64,000 bases of DNA, taken from positions 3,513 through 67,512 of IMG/VR virus record IMGVR_UViG_3300029985_000042; one strand, 5' to 3'. Below the pieces are notes generated by a model, which was not told where the DNA came from, ran no database searches, and was given only the letters and a program-made list of their open reading frames with translations. The position numbers were made by a program, and so were the translations under genes. This document shows, one piece after another, positions 1 through 9,170 of the stretch (positions within the stretch are counted from its first letter, which is position 1; each line of letters opens with the position of its first letter). This DNA is from a virus.

Positions 1-1
1 T

Positions 2-571
2 ATAAATGGAAATTTAATAGGAAAAATGACATTTTATACCACTGGAAGCGCATCTTATGATGGATTTTTCACTGATGGATTGTTTAATGGTTATGAAGTA
101 GTTATTCCATTTAATGGAAATGTATATACGTCTAGTTTAATATATACTAGCAGCGTAAATTATACTAGTAGTGCATTACCTGCATTGGACACGACGCATC
201 CATTCAACATAAATGTTCAAGATTTAAATTATAGTTATCAAATCGGGAACGTTATAAGCATTTATATATTTTCAACCGAAAAATATCCAACTAAGAATTT
301 CAATCTAAGTTATCAATTTAATCAATTCTCCAACACATCTTACCTACCTACAAGTTCATATTACGGAATTAGGGATACTATAACAAATGAAATGGTCATT
401 GATTTTGACAACTACACACAAATAAATTGTAATTATCCAATGGGCAACTATTTTGAGTTGAATACTAACTGTCTATCTCCGGAGAGAGAATATCAAATAT
501 TGATTAAAATAATCAGTGGAAGTGATATATATACAATAGACACTGGTAAAAAATTTAAAATAGTGAGATAA
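2..571 (+). CDS. Virion structural protein, 5'-partial (frame open to window start)
   Basis: Frame open upstream of ATG 26 (INGNLIGK-M). C-terminus YFELNTNCLSPEREYQILIKI...FKIVR; heads the tail/baseplate operon. Confidence 0.55.
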   Translation: MNGNLIGKMTFYTTGSASYDGFFTDGLFNGYEVVIPFNGNVYTSSLIYTSSVNYTSSALPALDTTHPFNINVQDLNYSYQIGNVISIYIFSTEKYPTKNFNLSYQFNQFSNTSYLPTSSYYGIRDTITNEMVIDFDNYTQINCNYPMGNYFELNTNCLSPEREYQILIKIISGSDIYTIDTGKKFKIVR

Positions 572-572
572 T

Positions 573-1019
573 ATGGATTTTTCTAAGGAAATTGCAAACT
601 TCCAGAAAACTGGAGCGTATACATATCAAATTGATGGGGGTGGAAATTTATTGACGAATTCTAAATCACCCGAATTTAATCAACATTATATATCAATCCC
701 ACTATATAATAACACATATAACCAGTCTAAACTTGATAGTTTTTATCCATCTACATTTACCGAATTTATTTCAACGCCAATAGAAGTGACCACGGCCTCA
801 GCAAGTCTAGACTTGCAATCACAACTCGCTCAGGCTATATCGGAGAATGTCTCTCTAAATCAACAACTGTCAGACATTGCAAATTTACAACAGTCAAACT
901 CATCGGTTTCGGACGAGTTGGCTGCAAGACAGACTATAGTTAGTCTTAGAATTCTGCTTAACCAAGGAAAACAACCGTCCGATTTTAGCACCACATTCCC
1001 GTATATACCACTAAAATAA
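573..1019 (+). CDS. Putative baseplate/tail-associated protein with short coiled coil
   Basis: ORF track; 1-nt gaps to both neighbours; LQSQLAQAISENVSLNQQL heptads. Confidence 0.5.
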   Translation: MDFSKEIANFQKTGAYTYQIDGGGNLLTNSKSPEFNQHYISIPLYNNTYNQSKLDSFYPSTFTEFISTPIEVTTASASLDLQSQLAQAISENVSLNQQLSDIANLQQSNSSVSDELAARQTIVSLRILLNQGKQPSDFSTTFPYIPLK

Positions 1020-1020
1020 T

Positions 1021-4000
1021 ATGTTATTCACATCATATCAAGCAATATCAAATATAGATTTACCGGTGAATAGCGGGTCATATTTATCGTCAGCGGATAA
1101 TGCTTTGTTGGGATATAGTTCCTACGGCTCTAACATATGGTATGGAAAATCAAAATCTGATATAATAGAACTTAGTATATGGGATTTGAATTCGGAACTT
1201 ATAGGTTGGGGGACTATTACGGGGTCAAATGATACCACCACCACAAATTCATATTTAAACGCTTTAAACTATCCATCCAAATTTTCAAGTTCTATCATAA
1301 ACCCCGAATTTATATTATATAATAACTCCAATATATTGATAAATCCGGATGATGACTTAGCATCTATAGGATATTATAACACTGGAAGTTATTATTTAAT
1401 CTACAATATGATTAGAAATATGGCCGGAAGTCAATCTCTTCCATTGGTCATAAAAGAAATATCTCCCAGTCGGACGGAAGTGAAATTATTGCCGCAAGGC
1501 GTCGTGACTCAGGATTTTATAAATTTTTATTCCAATCAAGTTTTTATATCTGATATTTACCAAGAATATATCAATAACCTTATAACTTTTCCAGTAAGCA
1601 TAATTTACAATTCAATTAAGTTGGAATATTCCAGCGCAATTTCGATTCTACAGAGCGTCTCATTTTTAAATACCGATGCTGCCATTATTAATTTCATAAC
1701 TAACATCTATGAAGACTCGTATTCAACATCTATAAATTACGAACCAGCCACCAGAGTCCAAGGAATAAAATCATATTTCTTCAATTACCTGATGGAAAAT
1801 AAAACCACATCAATAAACTTTAAAAATTTAGATGTTATATTTGATGGGTTTGTTACTTCGGTGGTGGATGAGAGATTTCAAAAGATAAGTAGAAATACAA
1901 ATAGTGAATATTATAAATTGGCAAGACAATTTGTATATGACTTGATTAAAATTTATTACTATCAGCCTATATCAGACAAATTGACCGCCGAATATAATAA
2001 TACATATAATTCTCCACTTAAGAATGGACTGAACCTCGGCCTGAATCAATTATATCCAATCTTGAATCAGGGTGCGTTTTATGAGGATGATGGAAGTGTC
2101 AGTTTGATTATAAAACTGAAGGATGCTCTTCCGCAGGACTTGTCGGTTGGGTTGGTTTGTTGGATATCAAATTTAGCATTAAGTCCGGTCATATTATCGG
2201 TCTCTATTAATGATAATATAATTCAAGATACATACAATATAGGACCTCCCAATTTTACAATAAAAGATGAAAATATACTCTCATCTACTGGAAATAAAAA
2301 ATATTGCCGCAATGATATAATACCATCAACCCAAGATACTCGTAATATAAGCATAAGCAAAAAAATAAAAGAATTAAATATAGACTATACTAACTTTAAA
2401 GACTTCATACTATTTTCTTCTGCCGAAATAAGATTAAAAATATTTAAGAATAAGAATTTGCAGCTAGACTCTTTAAATTCTCAAATTTCTACTTTAAATG
2501 TAACAAATCAAAACTATATAACATCAAAAAATTCTACTTACCCATTTTACAATTCTGAATTATCAAATATCAATGCTCAAATTGATGTAATCATTAATTC
2601 ATTTGATGGATATGAATCATATCTGTTTAATTCAAATATTTATGAAGTGGTTAGTGGAAGTTTTGTTAATACATCTCAAATTCAAATATTAGAAGATTCT
2701 GCGGCTATATACGATAATACAAACACCGACAGTCTTATTAAAAATACTCCGAAATATATCTTGGAAGACCCTAACAATGACGATTATATAATATTTCTAT
2801 CCATGGTCGGACATTTTTTTGATAATATCTTTATTTATATTTCAAATTTGCCAAGTGCAAAACTAGGTGGTTTGAACATAGATGAGATGCTATCGAATAA
2901 AATGGTCAGTTCTATATTGGAAGAAATGGGGTGGAGTATGGATGACATGTTATCTGATGATAATATATCAAATTATAATTTACCCAGCCCATATTCGGCG
3001 ATAAGTCCAGATGAAAGAATACGAATAATTGAAAATAGAATATTAAAGAACTTACCTTTGATTTACAAGTCGAAGGGAACACTGGCATCTGTCGATTTAT
3101 TATTGTCGTGTTACGGAATTCCTTCGTCACTTTTAAATATTAGAGAGTATGGTGGATATACACACTCCTCCACCGGAAGCTACGATTTCTATGAGCGAGC
3201 GTATTTGTATACATGGAATTCAAAATTTCCAAATGATATGTTTACGCTGGACGGGATAAACAATGCCAAGTCATATATGTTCAAAGTGAGTTTCAATGAC
3301 CCGTCATACTATGCCAAAGCCGATGATAATATATTGATTGGAGCAGTTAATCAAACATCTACTGGTATATATCCAATGTCTTCAAGTTTATCGGGTAGTG
3401 GAGAGTGGGCGATTGGATTTACTCGGACTAACACTAATAATTCAGGAACTATATATTTTAGAATTGGATATGATGGAAATGAAGTGTTTAAATTGGAAAG
3501 TTCGGAATTCTCGTTATTTGATGGGAATGTATATAGCATATTACTTAGAAAAAATGATATAGACCCAGAATTTGATGTTTTAGATTTCAGTGGAAGTTAT
3601 AACCAATTACCGAGACAATATGACCTGGTAATTCAGAGGAATAATTCGGGTGATACATTATTAGAAACAAGCCAGAGTTATATAAATTATGACGAATATA
3701 CAAATTCGGTATTTGATGGAATTCCAAATGATACCAGAATAGTAATTGGTGGCTGGTTCCTTCCATGGAATTCACGTCCGCTCGTAGGTTCATTTGACAA
3801 ACTAGAAATCTTCAACAATGTAATTTCAAATGAAACATTTCAAGATTATGTTAACAATATAAATTCATATTCTAGCGGCATGACGGCGAGTTATAATGCC
3901 CTTTTATTTAGAATGGGTGTAGATTATCCATTTGATATAACAACGACTTCGGCGTGGCCAAATTCAAACACCGTCTATTCTACATATTTGAGCAGTTCCA

Positions 4001-5574
4001 ACGCTTGGACTGGGGCGGTTTCGGAGTCATATAATACATCATCATGTCAAACATCCAGTATATCTATTTATCCATATCAATTTACAGAAATTGAATATTT
4101 AAACACTATAAATACATCATATTATGGTCCAAACAAATTCCAAAACAATAAAATTAATAATATTGAACAAGAAGTCTCATGCCGCCTCGACAATCTAAAA
4201 ACATCAACCACAAATATCGAAACTTTAAGTCCGTCCTCAAACTTACTGGGTATATTTGTAGACCCACAAGACTTTAAAAATAAAGACATCATACGACAAT
4301 TTGGAAGTTATGATTTAATGACTACTTTGGGAGACCCTTCACTTGCGTATTGTAATCAATATCAAACTCTCAAACCGCTAAGAGCATTATACGTAAACAG
4401 TAAAAAAACACAACTACAGAATACATTATTTTCCGAATTGATGACCGTCTATAGATTATATTTCAATAAGTCAATATTCGAAACTATTAAAAAATTACTA
4501 CCAGCAAGGGCAAATGTATTTTCGGGAATTTTAATTGAACCGACGATATTAGAACGCTCCAAATATCAATTTAAACCTATAACGTCATCTTTAAACGTTG
4601 GAGATGTATTATTTGAAGAGGTTGGGTTGACTGATGGACTGTTTGGGATTTCATCGAGCGTGGAATATATGGAACAAGACGGATATAATTTGAATAATTT
4701 TAAGACTGAGTTGATGTCCAACGAGAAAATCACAACGTCATATCCGATTGACGGCTATGTTCCATATTCTGTGGACGACATTCAGTTGGAAGCATATATT
4801 AATCCAAAAAGTCATAAAATTTCAAATGGATATTGTCCACACTCTTCATCCGTCTATGCTTTAAAGAGGTGGAAAAAATATAAATATTCATCCACAATAG
4901 ATACGCACTTAGACTATTCCGCATCTACATATTTATATGATTATGTAACACTGCCAAAAAATGAATTTTATAATTTGATATACTCGGCATCCAGCACAAA
5001 CAACGTTCCAGTTTTAAATTCTGGTGCGGGACCTTGGACACACTACCCAAATACATTTAAAAGCTCGTCCAATTCAATTACTAATAACACGGTTCCAGTT
5101 CCGGCACACGTTGGAAATTTAATATTATACACCGCATCTGTCCAAGAAACCAATGGCGAATATTTTGAGATTGTTGGTGGTTATCCGAGAAACCACTATT
5201 CACATAAAAGAAACATATTTTCAAATTATATATCCTCAAATGCAAACTTGTCAACCACATATAAAAAATCTGAAATTGATTTTTTCCCAGCGGTATATTA
5301 TAATCGCACCATAGCGCCGGGTCAATATTATGTATATAAGGGAACGTCATATCCAATAACAGATTCCAATATAATATTTGTAAAAAATAAATATTATATC
5401 AAGATTGGAAAGAAAAATTTTCATTTGAAAACTGTGAATTTTATATCGTCAAGTTTTAATCCAAGCAGTAGTTTTTATACGGTCATTTCATCGTCCGTAG
5501 ATATAAATACGTTATTATATTCCGAAAATCCAGTGTATGTATTGGTTCAGGATGCTATTGGAGTTTTAGGTTGA
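1021..5574 (+). CDS. Large baseplate wedge / tail structural protein (1517 aa)
   Basis: FLSMVGHFFD...LPLIYKSKGT...LLSCYGIP...IREYGG resembles baseplate-wedge (gp7/P2 gpI-like) motifs; LamG-like middle region; KKLLPARA...GILIEPTILER. Confidence 0.65.
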   Translation: MLFTSYQAISNIDLPVNSGSYLSSADNALLGYSSYGSNIWYGKSKSDIIELSIWDLNSELIGWGTITGSNDTTTTNSYLNALNYPSKFSSSIINPEFILYNNSNILINPDDDLASIGYYNTGSYYLIYNMIRNMAGSQSLPLVIKEISPSRTEVKLLPQGVVTQDFINFYSNQVFISDIYQEYINNLITFPVSIIYNSIKLEYSSAISILQSVSFLNTDAAIINFITNIYEDSYSTSINYEPATRVQGIKSYFFNYLMENKTTSINFKNLDVIFDGFVTSVVDERFQKISRNTNSEYYKLARQFVYDLIKIYYYQPISDKLTAEYNNTYNSPLKNGLNLGLNQLYPILNQGAFYEDDGSVSLIIKLKDALPQDLSVGLVCWISNLALSPVILSVSINDNIIQDTYNIGPPNFTIKDENILSSTGNKKYCRNDIIPSTQDTRNISISKKIKELNIDYTNFKDFILFSSAEIRLKIFKNKNLQLDSLNSQISTLNVTNQNYITSKNSTYPFYNSELSNINAQIDVIINSFDGYESYLFNSNIYEVVSGSFVNTSQIQILEDSAAIYDNTNTDSLIKNTPKYILEDPNNDDYIIFLSMVGHFFDNIFIYISNLPSAKLGGLNIDEMLSNKMVSSILEEMGWSMDDMLSDDNISNYNLPSPYSAISPDERIRIIENRILKNLPLIYKSKGTLASVDLLLSCYGIPSSLLNIREYGGYTHSSTGSYDFYERAYLYTWNSKFPNDMFTLDGINNAKSYMFKVSFNDPSYYAKADDNILIGAVNQTSTGIYPMSSSLSGSGEWAIGFTRTNTNNSGTIYFRIGYDGNEVFKLESSEFSLFDGNVYSILLRKNDIDPEFDVLDFSGSYNQLPRQYDLVIQRNNSGDTLLETSQSYINYDEYTNSVFDGIPNDTRIVIGGWFLPWNSRPLVGSFDKLEIFNNVISNETFQDYVNNINSYSSGMTASYNALLFRMGVDYPFDITTTSAWPNSNTVYSTYLSSSNAWTGAVSESYNTSSCQTSSISIYPYQFTEIEYLNTINTSYYGPNKFQNNKINNIEQEVSCRLDNLKTSTTNIETLSPSSNLLGIFVDPQDFKNKDIIRQFGSYDLMTTLGDPSLAYCNQYQTLKPLRALYVNSKKTQLQNTLFSELMTVYRLYFNKSIFETIKKLLPARANVFSGILIEPTILERSKYQFKPITSSLNVGDVLFEEVGLTDGLFGISSSVEYMEQDGYNLNNFKTELMSNEKITTSYPIDGYVPYSVDDIQLEAYINPKSHKISNGYCPHSSSVYALKRWKKYKYSSTIDTHLDYSASTYLYDYVTLPKNEFYNLIYSASSTNNVPVLNSGAGPWTHYPNTFKSSSNSITNNTVPVPAHVGNLILYTASVQETNGEYFEIVGGYPRNHYSHKRNIFSNYISSNANLSTTYKKSEIDFFPAVYYNRTIAPGQYYVYKGTSYPITDSNIIFVKNKYYIKIGKKNFHLKTVNFISSSFNPSSSFYTVISSSVDINTLLYSENPVYVLVQDAIGVLG

Positions 5575-5687
5575 GGAGTATGTTCCGAATAAAATACCAA
5601 AAAATGAGTGTGAAACCGCAAAACCAATATACTTATATAATATAATGAACATTAGAAATCTTACATCTAAATTAGGAGACGAATAAT

Positions 5688-6329
5688 ATGTATTTAGACA
5701 ATACCACCATTACAGTCGATGCAATTTTAACACAGCGTGGCCGAGAATTGCTTGCCCAGAATGGAAATTTAAACATTACCTCATTTGCACTGGCGGATGA
5801 TGAAATAGACTATACGTTATACGACCCAACAAATCCTGGTGGCAGTGCATTTTATGATATAGCTCTTAGAAATACGCCGGTATTTGAGCCTTTATCCGAC
5901 GAAACTCAGATGTTGAAATATAAATTAGTAACTCTGAACCAGGGGGTTACTTCAATACCGATTATAACAATCGCACAATCTAATATAATAGTTCCGAGCA
6001 CATACACCGGTAACATAATAATAAGTCCGTCAACTTCTCCTCAGTATAATGTAACGGCAGGATATACTGCAATTTTAGGAAATAAGAATGTAGGAACTTT
6101 AATTGTTCAACAGGCGAATGCTCTAAACACCCCATCGAATATCGTTCCATCATTTATTGGAAATATAAATACGGTAAGTTCCCAAGTTGTTATTGGAAAT
6201 GTGTTTGCATTTATACCAAACAGCAACTTAAATGTTACTACCACCACAAATCTTACAGTAGTCGGTAACGAATCAGGCGGGTCAACTTCAATTGAAGTTA
6301 CAGTCACAGTTCCGCCAATTTCATCTTAA
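5688..6329 (+). CDS. Conserved virion (baseplate/tail) protein
   Basis: YLDNTTITVDAILTQRGRELLA...ITSFALADDEIDY N-terminus typical of large-phage tail/baseplate proteins; late motif at 5629. Confidence 0.6.
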   Translation: MYLDNTTITVDAILTQRGRELLAQNGNLNITSFALADDEIDYTLYDPTNPGGSAFYDIALRNTPVFEPLSDETQMLKYKLVTLNQGVTSIPIITIAQSNIIVPSTYTGNIIISPSTSPQYNVTAGYTAILGNKNVGTLIVQQANALNTPSNIVPSFIGNINTVSSQVVIGNVFAFIPNSNLNVTTTTNLTVVGNESGGSTSIEVTVTVPPISS

Positions 6330-6334
6330 TAATT

Positions 6335-7423
6335 ATGATATTTAATACATTTGACGCAAATAATGACATAGTTACCGGACGTTCCCTCCGAGTATCAAGT
6401 GGGGTATGGCCAAATAGTGCCATGTCAATCACACAAAGTTCAATGGTATCCGATTTCTGGTCATTAACTGGTTCGGTAGGAACCCCATCATACGGGACTA
6501 GCGTATATGATATACGCCGAACAATGTATTATTTGAATGTATTTCCAACTAGCAACGAATTTAATAATAATGACCCTTATGTTTCAATTGCATATGGAAA
6601 CATAAACGGAAATTTGGGAAGTGGTTCGTTTAACAGCGATGTTTCATCCAGTCAGGCATTCCCGGCCAAGGCAATATATACCCAATATTCCAATTTACTA
6701 TTGGGAGATACAAATACCAATACATTTTTCGTAAACAGTGGAAGCGTATCAATTGCCGCCAATGATATCTGGGCAATTTCATTTTCGTCATTTAAAATGA
6801 AAGACAATGTAGATGCGGGAGCCATCCAGTTTAGTTTGAGTGGGTCAAATGGAAACTTTACATTTATTGATGACTCACCGTATAATTCCACGGTTCAGAC
6901 ATCATACCAAATAATTTTGGGTAGCTTGACCTCACCTCCCAATTCTCCAACATATGGTGGGTATGGAGTATTTTTTCCTGCGTCTGGAATCGTGATATTA
7001 AACGCCAGCGCAATCGCCGGTTTAGTCGGACTTAATACTGGGACATACCAATATTCGCCTGCACTATCATCCGTCGACTTTACTATAAATCAATATGTAT
7101 TATTCAACGCTATAACAGCATCTCCTAGCGGAATGAATGTTCAAATTAGTGAATTTGTGCCGTCAATTCAATATTACATACGAGTAAAAAACAAAGAGTT
7201 TAATTACAGTAACAATCCGACGTATGTATATGATGGAACCGATGGAATTCACCCGCCTGGGTATATTTACAATGCTAATTTCATAACTAACCCACAGACA
7301 TATATTACTACTATTGGACTATATAATGACAGCAACGAATTAATTGCAGTTGCAAAACTAAGTCGTCCAATTGTGAAATCATTTAACTCTGAAGTTCTGT
7401 TAAAAGTCAGAATCGACACGTGA
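6335..7423 (+). CDS. Tail/baseplate structural protein (tail-collar-like C-terminus)
   Basis: C-terminal YITTIGLYNDSNELIAVAKLSRPIVK, paralogous to the end of 9171..11516. Confidence 0.6.
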   Translation: MIFNTFDANNDIVTGRSLRVSSGVWPNSAMSITQSSMVSDFWSLTGSVGTPSYGTSVYDIRRTMYYLNVFPTSNEFNNNDPYVSIAYGNINGNLGSGSFNSDVSSSQAFPAKAIYTQYSNLLLGDTNTNTFFVNSGSVSIAANDIWAISFSSFKMKDNVDAGAIQFSLSGSNGNFTFIDDSPYNSTVQTSYQIILGSLTSPPNSPTYGGYGVFFPASGIVILNASAIAGLVGLNTGTYQYSPALSSVDFTINQYVLFNAITASPSGMNVQISEFVPSIQYYIRVKNKEFNYSNNPTYVYDGTDGIHPPGYIYNANFITNPQTYITTIGLYNDSNELIAVAKLSRPIVKSFNSEVLLKVRIDT

Positions 7424-7489
7424 TTCTGAGGTATTAATAAAAGTTAGAATAGATAGTGTTTTCGAGAATCTCACGTATATTTATAAGGT

Positions 7490-8527
7490 ATGAATAACAT
7501 TATAACTTGTAAATTATGCAATATATCGATTAATACTAGGTCATTTGGAAATCATGTATTAAAGATACACGGTCAAAGACATGAAGATTATATCAAGAAC
7601 AATCTGGAAGATTTCAAACATCTAAATTGGAAATTATGTATCGAGTGTGGAAAATTATGCAATTCTCGCTCTTCTAAATGTGGCACTTGCTATTCTAAAA
7701 ATCATACTACGAATAATAAACCTATCCTATGTAAACACTGTGATAATTTAATCCACCCTAAGCAAATGTCACAACATTTGTTAAAAAATCATAACATAAA
7801 ATTCGTCGAATATGTTGCTGAAAATTTAAACGAATTCAAACAATTTGGTTGGTCTAATTGTGTAATTTGCAATAAAATATGTAAGGGGCATTCTAAAAAA
7901 TATAACGAGCCAACTTGTTCTGCGGAATGTATGGGCAAATTGAGGGAAACTTGGACTGGCGGGAAATCTGCAATGTATGGAAAAACACATTCGGAAGAGT
8001 CAAATAAAAAAAATTCCGACTCTCATATAGGAAAAAAAATGCCAACTATAACTGGTATTTTAAATCCAATGAAAAGACTAGAAATACGGAAAATCATATC
8101 CGATAAAGCAAAAATTAGGCTGTCTATACCAGAAAACAATCCAATGTATGGAAAGAAACACACTCCTGAAGCAATTGAAAAAATATTCGGATATAGAGGA
8201 ATGAATAAACTAGAATCTCGTGTCGCTGATATATTAAAATCACAAAATATAGAATATTATTATGGATTTTGTATTGATGAAGGACAGGAATGTAAAATTT
8301 ACGACTTTAAAATTAAAGGAAAACCTATTATTTTGGAGATAGACGGAGATTATTGGCATGGAGGCCCCGGAGTGAAAATTCATTTTAAGAATGTAGAAAA
8401 AAATAAATTAAATGATAAATTAAAGAATGAGATGGCGGAAAGACGAGGATATAAAGTAATACGTTTATGGGAATCTGATATCAAAAAAGACTCGTCAATT
8501 ATCCTCAAATCTCTTATTGGATTATAG
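7490..8527 (+). CDS. Putative homing endonuclease: C2H2/C4 Zn fingers + NUMOD3 + Vsr/DUF559-like PD-(D/E)XK domain
   Basis: CKLC..H...H repeats; MYGKTHSEES and NPMYGKKHTPE (NUMOD3); YDF...ILEIDGDYWH...GYKVIRLWESD. Confidence 0.75.
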   Translation: MNNIITCKLCNISINTRSFGNHVLKIHGQRHEDYIKNNLEDFKHLNWKLCIECGKLCNSRSSKCGTCYSKNHTTNNKPILCKHCDNLIHPKQMSQHLLKNHNIKFVEYVAENLNEFKQFGWSNCVICNKICKGHSKKYNEPTCSAECMGKLRETWTGGKSAMYGKTHSEESNKKNSDSHIGKKMPTITGILNPMKRLEIRKIISDKAKIRLSIPENNPMYGKKHTPEAIEKIFGYRGMNKLESRVADILKSQNIEYYYGFCIDEGQECKIYDFKIKGKPIILEIDGDYWHGGPGVKIHFKNVEKNKLNDKLKNEMAERRGYKVIRLWESDIKKDSSIILKSLIGL

Positions 8528-8542
8528 TTATATTGTGTATAT

Positions 8543-9169
8543 ATGATTAAAAATATAAATCCACAAAATATAAGTCTGACACCTATAGTAACGACTAAGC
8601 CATGGAATTTACACAACGTAGATAACAGCGATTTAATATTGGTTGATACTGGGTCTATAGACGATGTTTCAATTGCATTGGAATATGTGGATTATATAAA
8701 TTATAGCGGCACTGGTCCGTTTCCTATAAATTCAGATTGCAGTATAGCTCTCGAACAACAATCGTCGGCACTTGTTAATTTTCAGGTTGGACAGAGTGGA
8801 AGTGGTCATTTTAACGTGAATGTAGAGCCTAAGAACGGGGACGGAACATATACCCGCATGATATATTCTCAGATACAAAATACATTCTACAACTCAACTA
8901 ACAATCCAGTAAATATATTCGGACTTGATAATATAGACTTTGGACTTTCGAGGACTAATCGACACGTCACGGATAATTTTTTACTTCTTAACATTCCACG
9001 GATTATATTTGGAGACAAAATTTTAGCCTCTAGTGTAACGCTTGGAAATCTTCCATTAGATGATAATATTTCAATATATGATGATGGATATGGAAATATG
9101 ATGGCAGGAAACTCAATATTCTACAAAATTCAGGAAGTTGGGGATTTTAAAAATGTTATAAACTATTAA
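8543..9169 (+). CDS. Putative virion structural protein
   Basis: IPRIIFGDKI...IYDDGYGN motif shared with neighbouring tail proteins; coupled to the next gene. Confidence 0.55.
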   Translation: MIKNINPQNISLTPIVTTKPWNLHNVDNSDLILVDTGSIDDVSIALEYVDYINYSGTGPFPINSDCSIALEQQSSALVNFQVGQSGSGHFNVNVEPKNGDGTYTRMIYSQIQNTFYNSTNNPVNIFGLDNIDFGLSRTNRHVTDNFLLLNIPRIIFGDKILASSVTLGNLPLDDNISIYDDGYGNMMAGNSIFYKIQEVGDFKNVINY

Positions 9170-9170
9170 T